IMG/VR virus record: IMGVR_UViG_3300022602_000133
Coordinates: 1-54,135 of that record
Source of the DNA: a virus
Lineage: Duplodnaviria > Caudoviricetes
Length of the DNA stretch: 54,135 nt
Reading direction: 5' to 3' (one strand)
Of this stretch, positions 49,001-54,135 are shown one piece after another (within the stretch, counting starts at the first letter, position 1; every line of letters begins with the position of its first letter). Position numbers and translations under genes: made by a program. Under the pieces are notes generated by a model, which did not search any database, was not told the DNA's origin, and saw nothing but the letters and a program-made list of their open reading frames with translations.

Positions 49001-50739
49001 AAAATACTTCCTGCAATAGGATTATTTGTACCATTAGCTACTTGAGAACATGCATACGCAATGGTTTTCCAAGGTCTATCATATGTAACACCATAGTCTG
49101 ATCTATCTATACCAGTAGTAGCAACATAGTATACTTTAGGAGTAATGTTAAATTGCGACCAAGTTGGATACAATACTCCATTAGAATCTGGTTGCATTCT
49201 TAACAAATAATCAACTAATGGAACATTAGTAGTAGTAGACCCAACTGTTACCGGAGTAGTTATAGGTAATGCGGTTGGAACACCGGCACGGTACGTTACC
49301 ATATCGCCCTGACTGTTCATAGCATTTCTTATTGCATGTGGTAAGTATACTGTCCAAATACTATTTGTAGTATCCTGGTTTGGAGGAGTTGAACTATTAC
49401 TGCTTACGATAGCTTTGTATGTTTTATTTTGATATACAACAATATCTCCTGGAACATACGAAGTAAGTTGTTGCCATATTCCTTTAAAACTTAAACCAAA
49501 ACTTACTAAATTCCAATAAGTGTAATTAATACCTATTGCACTTAATGTACCGCCTGGTGGTGCTAGTGGAGTTCCGTCTGGAGGATTGTTTATTAATAAT
49601 GTAGTTGCGTCTACGACCTGTGTTACTGTTTGACCTAATGTAAAACCAGTTCCAGATAATACCATACCAACTGTTACATTAGCTGTTGAAACAACTTTAA
49701 CTGTAGTTCCTGAACTGCCAGTTGGATTATATGACAAGCTAATTGTTCCGGCACTTGGATCTTGATTAGTATTATCTTGTAGTGCTATAAACAATAAACC
49801 ACCACGTCTAACTACATCTCCAATTTTATAATTAAGTTTGCTAAGGCCATTAAAATCAATACCCCATTGTCCTAATGCTTCATATCCAGAAGTCATAACG
49901 GACCAGTTGCCGCCTGTATCAGTAGATGGGTTAACATTTGTATTATTAGGAACGTTGTTTATATAAGAATAACCACCGTAGTCAACAACATCGCCTGGTT
50001 GATAAGTATTGCCTGCTCCCCATGTATTGGCAAATTCAAAACCTGGCATGTACATTGCCCATTGCAATGTACTAAATGCTGTGCTAGAAACGTGTCCGGC
50101 AATACACACCCATTGATCTGCGCCATTTTTAACAATATCATTTAGACGATAACGATAGTTAGCCGAACTCCAATTTCCTTTGATGTCATAACCATTATAT
50201 ACTATGTCCCACTTTGACTGATCTGCTTCTAAACCAGTTGATGAAAAAGCTACAGTTGGAGTTACTCCTGAATAACTAGCATACGAATAATATTGATTTG
50301 ATATATGTGTAGTATTACATCTATAAACTATGCCGCCGTATTTAACTACATCGCCAACTCCATAACCATATGATGTTGTCCAGTTTGAGTTCCAGTTATC
50401 AAATAGTGAATAAGTTGTCCAATTAGGACTATCAATTTGTGTCAATCCGCTAGTATGTGATACTATACAGATATACATTTCTCCACCGTATCGAACAATA
50501 TTTCCTACAAAATATTGTGTACCTGGAGTCCACGCATTTTTCCACTGTGTTCCATTGATAGCTAAACTCCAGATAGAAGATGCAAGGTCTGCAACAAATG
50601 TCGTAGAAGTGTGTGCGGTTAAACAAACATAAGTTTGACCACCAAAAGATACTACAGCATCTTTCTGATAAGTGGTACTAGCAGTCCAAGGACCTGCCCA
50701 AGTATAACGCAATCTTCCAATTTTAAATTCTGCCGCCAT
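43012..50739 (-). CDS. Giant multidomain virion fibre/spike protein (2575 aa)
   Basis: MAAEFKIGR N-terminus and colinear motifs shared with the 4051-aa protein (GDELR, GGNxSIVAND, IRATNGNSSYG, HDFL, TSTDQDGNF, VVPTQKAIK). Confidence 0.8.
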   Translation of the reverse strand: MAAEFKIGRLRYTWAGPWTASTTYQKDAVVSFGGQTYVCLTAHTSTTFVADLASSIWSLAINGTQWKNAWTPGTQYFVGNIVRYGGEMYICIVSHTSGLTQIDSPNWTTYSLFDNWNSNWTTSYGYGVGDVVKYGGIVYRCNTTHISNQYYSYASYSGVTPTVAFSSTGLEADQSKWDIVYNGYDIKGNWSSANYRYRLNDIVKNGADQWVCIAGHVSSTAFSTLQWAMYMPGFEFANTWGAGNTYQPGDVVDYGGYSYINNVPNNTNVNPSTDTGGNWSVMTSGYEALGQWGIDFNGLSKLNYKIGDVVRRGGLLFIALQDNTNQDPSAGTISLSYNPTGSSGTTVKVVSTANVTVGMVLSGTGFTLGQTVTQVVDATTLLINNPPDGTPLAPPGGTLSAIGINYTYWNLVSFGLSFKGIWQQLTSYVPGDIVVYQNKTYKAIVSSNSSTPPNQDTTNSIWTVYLPHAIRNAMNSQGDMVTYRAGVPTALPITTPVTVGSTTTNVPLVDYLLRMQPDSNGVLYPTWSQFNITPKVYYVATTGIDRSDYGVTYDRPWKTIAYACSQVANGTNNPIAGSILLANKEFMAQEVYQWMVYQSTNNVLPFSSSSVFDQTKTLRDTRYLIDAIIYDITRGGNSQTVAAALSYFAPGSTNQLVTSTVTAEIAYFLAAVVRLKVLLDAVINKTPLSPSYQVVNGVASPISQVTSAISGSAETGSQSSVDTLIGIVIQALTDQSTSNIPTSNSGTTANIFIKTGTYSEILPISVPENTALVGDELRGVVVQPATRIITTATASVAATQTMTLSSVTGLVVGMPIQFYSASMLGGLTRGTTYYVAGINGLNITLSGTSSLTPTLSSITDGAGSMTVYAGDCLKNMFLVRNGSGIRNMSTTGLLGFLTDFNAYLTQRPTGGAYVSLDPGTGPNDTSAWIFRRSPYIQNVTTFGSGCVGLKIDGTLHNGGNKSIVANDFTQVLSDGVGVWCTGISALTECVSVFTYYNYSGYLAENGGRIRATNGNSSYGTFGVLSEGYDLTETPISGNVFNQSSQVQASVQSSFGVSANLLKMQYGNGGGAYYTNTTNMLLNSNLFSGSGWTNDGNLILQQNLLGPFGNSDGWTLTGTSSGTDGSYVYQNIAIQPAAGYYASVSGTTIVGGVGASGATFNVTVGSSSYSVITTPGSAGSGYSINNQILIYGNQLGGVSGVNDLTITVTSLASGTGVGSVTVSGVVPTGSNLPYTFSVYVKQGTSPSIDVLARYSGSSIVDSLVNFNFNTGIVTASSASGGAVPTSYGKVVLTNGWYRLWFTTYDITAQNNNVQLRLYPRTQFGTSAYTYVFGAQVQVSSALTFYLQTSATSQFSAYANYFINGSGSGASVVGDETRSNAIFETRVTTDSNGVTGGANYITASNNAQGGTSSYVILAQSDNNTASNYVGTRVFINSGTGAGQYGYISAYTTVNKYAYVLKESFTPLNIVASTSPANTFTIIGNQNTSTLYTNQPVQFIPTYYSTSVTATGNDILEVTATSGNTNNTITVSSTARLAVGMSVIFTGSNLYGNITAGYYFYIKSIPSSTTFTISASLGGTAWGLTAGTSTLGSGSMYVNFPSNTSFLTGSTTNMLPNMPIQFTGTSIGGVSVGTTYYVNRVINATSFSLSTTLVTVSPTTTVASSKQLTVTSTANLISLNPIKFSGTIFGGMVSGTTYYISNVVDSNHFKITSNVIEVRVTATDGTTNLITASTTTGFIVGNPITFSGTTFGGLTTETVYYVLAINTVGVNGTFTISSTPVGSPNIVTLQTGAGDMLCRTADADFAVSDATGSSMIATSTGPKKTLTYGSGNMNGTYSTSVFGSVTQAQTYYIRTINSGSNTFTVTASSGGSIDFANTTDSGSMNLAMVGWDHINPGTPIVNSLDSTSLYYIEPRTTYSSPTFTQTATQLSTLTLGNLYVGVAYGNGLFISIPNATSVATQSTDGINWTNLSLPTSATWSGIAYGNSYWVIISSGGTGNSTALVSHSNAVSWRITTLPSVSTWSAVAYGNGYFVAISSTASGPYASGAYSTNFGLTWNAVNLPALGSSSAWTGLAYGAGKFVVLASGGTLAAYSTGTTWTTVTLPSSAAWTSIAFGNNRFVAVSSTSAQPAYSFDGITWYQSPYSIAATSISYGQGVFVAVNSGSITGYTSEDGLLWTQRSVTSDSYGAMTFGFDTNHIGKFVTVSGVGTGSMIQAGCTARGRAVITSGTITSISMWETGSNYTSTPTIIFTDPNITTVAQVTPRVASGTLSGPTFINRGSGYNTNSTSIIISGDGYADAYQTGYTLILNNLTRLPSPGDNLSISGNSLIYKVTSSTAMFGTVSPSIEANVQISPAMITALSPANNTSITIRTKYSQVRLTNHDFLNIGYGNQTNSNYPGVPINGYTLASQNQAVESNNGRVFYTSTDQDGNFKVGNLFGVQQATGIITLSASQFGLTGLNQLTLGGIAVGGSSVVIQQFSTDATFLANSDTVVPTQKAIKTFLTSKLSQGGSNTFTSVLTAGLVVAGGPAFISNTIPQGVAGSSVQMLNKVNINGQYGGIDGNMIAMEFFIKNGVHR

Positions 50740-50763
50740 TTTTAATTTCCTTATTCTTTAATA

Positions 50764-51144
50764 TTAGGTACTGTAAATCTGTGTAGGATCGTAAGTATAC
50801 GATTGATTAATTCTTACTGTAAGAGAACCATCAGTGGTGTTTAAGTAATAATACGCATTTTTATTATCCCAACGATATTGATCAAAATACAAGTTTGGAT
50901 AAGGACGGCTATGATCTGTTGCTAGTCGTCCGTCAAAGAAATCTACGCCATATTCAAAATTTTCAAAGTTGTTTCCGTTGGATCCTGCATTGTTAACCGT
51001 GACAGTTGTAGAATCTACTAGTTGATCAATTCTAGTAAAATAAAGCGTACCGTCGTCTGTTCTACGCAATCCGTAAAAATATCTAGGATTGCCATCTCCT
51101 AATAAATCATTTAAACTATTTTCATTACCAACATAGTATGTCAT
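50764..51144 (-). CDS. Hypothetical protein, probably virion-associated
   Basis: 126 aa, Tyr/Asp/Asn-rich, AAGGA RBS, within the structural operon. Confidence 0.6.
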   Translation of the reverse strand: MTYYVGNENSLNDLLGDGNPRYFYGLRRTDDGTLYFTRIDQLVDSTTVTVNNAGSNGNNFENFEYGVDFFDGRLATDHSRPYPNLYFDQYRWDNKNAYYYLNTTDGSLTVRINQSYTYDPTQIYST

Positions 51145-51153
51145 ATTCTATCC

Positions 51154-51720
51154 TTAACTAATTTCTACCCAGCTCATAACACAATCTATGCTACTAGCTG
51201 TATTTGAAGTTACTATCACATTTGTGCTGGGCGTTAATATTAATTTTTCACCACCTGTAACAGCACGTAAACTTGTATTTGGAGCTATCGTTACATTATT
51301 TACATAGTATGCAATAGTGCCAGCTATTGTATTTTGTAATCGTATGCTTGCTTGAATAATACTAGATGTAGTATTTGTCAAACTAAATCCAATAACTGTT
51401 GTATTGGCGCTTGCATTACTTTGTAAAGGACTGGCATTTACTGTACCATAAATGCCGGATGTAGCAGCAGGTGCTGTAGTTGTAGCATTTGAATACGTAA
51501 CTGTTGATGTTGTGCATGCCGTCACTGTAAAATATCCGTTATATCCTGCAACACTAACTCCTGAAACAACAATACCTAAACCAACAACAAATGGTGCTGT
51601 TGACTGAGTTGCAAATGTTAATGTTACCGACCCACTAGCAGGAGTACTAGGAGATACGGTAGTAATATTTAAACTTGTTCCTATTCCTGTGTAAAAAGCA
51701 TTTTTAAAAGCTGTTGTCAT
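51154..51720 (-). CDS. Small adaptor-family virion protein carrying an inserted beta module
   Basis: MTTAFKN...GIGT start and LTN...I.PNTSL...GGEKLIL...D.VMSWVEI end match the 108-aa family; insert of about 75 aa. Confidence 0.65.
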   Translation of the reverse strand: MTTAFKNAFYTGIGTSLNITTVSPSTPASGSVTLTFATQSTAPFVVGLGIVVSGVSVAGYNGYFTVTACTTSTVTYSNATTTAPAATSGIYGTVNASPLQSNASANTTVIGFSLTNTTSSIIQASIRLQNTIAGTIAYYVNNVTIAPNTSLRAVTGGEKLILTPSTNVIVTSNTASSIDCVMSWVEIS

Positions 51721-51724
51721 ATTC

Positions 51725-54135
51725 TTATCCTAATGATAGCACTATACCTAATGCTATATCTGTTGCTTGGCTTGTTGAGACACCAGTCGCTGCACCAGCA
51801 ACTGATACCCATGTACTACCATTATATATTTCTGTGTACTGTTGGTCAGTATTAAAACGCATCATACCAGTAGTGACATAAATTGATGCAGGATAGTTAC
51901 TATTATTACCAACAGGAATCGCAATTCCGTTAGTTCCAGTAATTTGTACATAACCTGTACCTGTTTCTGCAATCGTTGTAACAGCATTATTAATTGTGTT
52001 AGTAATTGTATTATTTGTGAATAATAAATTACCTAATTGCACACCACCAGTTCCGCTAGTAGTAAAGTTAATATTAGTGTTTGAATTTGTAGCACTTACT
52101 GTAGTTCCGCTAATGGTTAATCCGCTAGTTTGAAACTGTGTAGTATATAGTCCTGTACTGTTAATATAGGCTGTATTTGTGTTATTTGCGTAAAATCTAA
52201 TTACATTATCACCTGCACCAGGGCTAGATTCTGGGGTAATATATGTATTTCCATCTACACTTTGTACACCGCCTAAATTTTGCCAGTAACTTCCACTATA
52301 GCCCTCGTATCTATTTAGATTTGAGTTATAACGGATCATTCCATTACTTGGAACACTAGGTCGTTGTAGAGTAGTTCCAACTGGAACTACTAGTCCACCC
52401 GTGTTATTGATTATAACATCGCCATTTGCTTGTGGAGTTAAGTAAATGTTAGGGTTTGATCCAGTACTTGTAATTGTATTTCCGTTAAATGATAACGCTT
52501 CTACTATAACATTACCTGTACCATTTGCTTGTAAATTTAAATCAAGATTACTAACGGTGGTAGTAATAGTACTTCCGCTAATAGCAATATTTGGAATAAC
52601 AAATGTACCAGTAAGTACAAGGTTACCACCAATTGTTAAATTGCCGCTAGTTGTAAAATTACCAGTTTGATTATAGTTACCAGTTTGTGTAACAACTCCG
52701 GTAATGCCAACAGCCGCTAGTGTACTTGCACCGGTAACACCTAGTGTACCGCCAACCGTAGCATTGCCGTCTAACTGTGCGTTGCTGGTAATTTCAACTT
52801 TTTGTCCGCTGTATGGTGTTAATACTAAATTGGTTGATGTAGTAGTACCAGTAATAGTGCTACCAGAAATAGTTAGATCAGGTAGTGTTAAACTACCACT
52901 TGAAGTAATTGCACCAGAATTAATAGTGCCACTAGTTGTAAAGTTACCACTATTTTGTGTAAAATTACCAGTTTGAGTTAATGTACCAGTAATACCAACA
53001 GCCGCTAATGTACTTGCACCAGTAACACCTAGCGTTCCTGTAACACTTAAATTATTATCAACCTGGGCACCGCTAGTAATCTCAACTATTTTGCCAGTAT
53101 AAGGAGTTAATACTAAGTTTGTGTTAGTAGTAGTACCAGTAATAGTACTGCCACTGAATGATAAATCTGGTAATGCTAATGTGCCGCTACTGGTAATCGA
53201 TCCAGAACTTATAGTTCCACTCGTTGTAAAACTACCACTTGATTGTGTAAAGTTGCCAGTTTGAGTTAGTGTTCCAGTAATGCCAGTAGCGGCTAATGTT
53301 GTAGTTCCAGTTACACCTAATGTACCTGTAATGTTTACATTATTATCAAACTGAGCATTACTGGTTATTTCAACTTGCTGACCAGTATTTGCAGTTAAGG
53401 TTAAATTAGTATTTGAAGTAGTACCAGTAATAGTACTACCGCTAAATGTCATGTCAGGTAGTGTTAATGTTCCGCTACTGGTAATCGATCCCGAACTTAC
53501 AGTTCCGCTAGTTGTAAAATTGCCGCCTGTTTGTCCAATTGCTCCGGCTACCGTTAGTGTTCCGGTAATGCCTGTTGCGGCTAATGTTGTAGCGCCTGTA
53601 ACTCCTAATGTACCAGTTACACTTAAATTTTGATCTACACTGGCGCCACTGGTAATTTCAACAATTTTGCCAGTGTAAGGTGTTAATACTAAGTTTGCAT
53701 TGGCATTTATACCAACAATAGCACTTGCAGGAGTTGAACTATCAGTTCCGCTTAAGATTAAATCAGGTAGTGTTAATGGTCCTGAACTAGTAATTGCGCC
53801 TGAACTAATTGTACCACTTGTTGTAAAGTTTCCAGTTTGATTAAAGTTACCAGTTTGTGTTAATGTTCCGGTAATGCCTGTTGCGGCTAATGTTGTGGCA
53901 CCGGTAACACCTAATGTTCCGGTTACACCTAAATTTTGATCTACACTAGCACTACTGGTTATTTCAACAATTTTGCCAGTGTATGGTGTTAGTGTTAAAT
54001 TTGTGTTAGTAGTAGTACCAGTAATTGTACTACCACTTAGAGTCATATCAGGTAGCGTTAAGCTACCACTTGATGTAATAGCACCTGAATTGATAGTGCC
54101 ACTAGTTGTAAAGTTTCCGCCAGACTGACTAATAG
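51725..54135 (-). CDS. Long repeat-rich fibre/baseplate-associated protein, 5' end beyond the window
   Basis: Frame stays open from 54046 to the edge (ISQSGGNFTTSGTINSGAITSSGSLTLPD); tandem repeats; PVGTTLQRP...GMIRYN motifs; hydrophobic C-terminus. Confidence 0.75.
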   Translation of the reverse strand, partial: ISQSGGNFTTSGTINSGAITSSGSLTLPDMTLSGSTITGTTTNTNLTLTPYTGKIVEITSSASVDQNLGVTGTLGVTGATTLAATGITGTLTQTGNFNQTGNFTTSGTISSGAITSSGPLTLPDLILSGTDSSTPASAIVGINANANLVLTPYTGKIVEITSGASVDQNLSVTGTLGVTGATTLAATGITGTLTVAGAIGQTGGNFTTSGTVSSGSITSSGTLTLPDMTFSGSTITGTTSNTNLTLTANTGQQVEITSNAQFDNNVNITGTLGVTGTTTLAATGITGTLTQTGNFTQSSGSFTTSGTISSGSITSSGTLALPDLSFSGSTITGTTTNTNLVLTPYTGKIVEITSGAQVDNNLSVTGTLGVTGASTLAAVGITGTLTQTGNFTQNSGNFTTSGTINSGAITSSGSLTLPDLTISGSTITGTTTSTNLVLTPYSGQKVEITSNAQLDGNATVGGTLGVTGASTLAAVGITGVVTQTGNYNQTGNFTTSGNLTIGGNLVLTGTFVIPNIAISGSTITTTVSNLDLNLQANGTGNVIVEALSFNGNTITSTGSNPNIYLTPQANGDVIINNTGGLVVPVGTTLQRPSVPSNGMIRYNSNLNRYEGYSGSYWQNLGGVQSVDGNTYITPESSPGAGDNVIRFYANNTNTAYINSTGLYTTQFQTSGLTISGTTVSATNSNTNINFTTSGTGGVQLGNLLFTNNTITNTINNAVTTIAETGTGYVQITGTNGIAIPVGNNSNYPASIYVTTGMMRFNTDQQYTEIYNGSTWVSVAGAATGVSTSQATDIALGIVLSLG
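52640..54135 (-). repeat. At least five tandem repeats of about 95-103 aa
   Basis: LPDxxxSGSTITGTTxxTNLxLTPYTGxxVEITSxAxxDxNxxVTGTLGVTGAxTLAAxGITG...GNFTTSG units with high nucleotide similarity. Confidence 0.9.

Noticed and set aside
751-53633. Many short alternative ORFs overlapping the large genes (for example 7156..7563, 40594..41256, 52704..52976)
   Set aside because: Val/Pro/Leu-rich antisense or off-frame shadows of Thr/Gly/Ser-rich coding sequence, with no recognisable motifs
1-54135. tRNA, rRNA, intron, intein or integrase
   Set aside because: Intergenic gaps are short and no such signatures were recognised by eye; a tRNAscan/Infernal run would be needed to exclude them formally

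Overview
54-kb segment of a large T4-like (myovirus, probably jumbo) dsDNA phage, covering part of the virion morphogenesis region. Core genes: the 5' end of a tail sheath gene (gp18-like, at the left edge and missed by the ORF track), neck gp13 divergent from gp14 and gp15, a dNMP kinase, an HNH-like protein and a Nudix hydrolase. Around these lies a very large set of fibre/adhesin genes: a cluster of small mosaic fibres, three glycine-rich proteins, an S74-chaperone fibre, two paralogous giants of 4051 and 2575 aa, and a tandem-repeat fibre cut by the right edge. Directly after gp15/Nudix is an enzyme island with four 2OG-Fe(II) oxygenase-like genes and two flavin-dependent halogenase-family genes. 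Most notable observations: repeated in-frame nesting of whole domains inside otherwise contiguous motifs; a thrice-repeated unit of 'fibre with hydrophobic C-terminal helix + small adaptor'; phycobiliprotein-like RD helical repeats; a CsrA-like GGA hairpin leader; and back-to-back TAAATA late-promoter motifs that suggest leaderless mRNAs. All calls come from motif recognition by eye; no database searches were run and the host cannot be determined.
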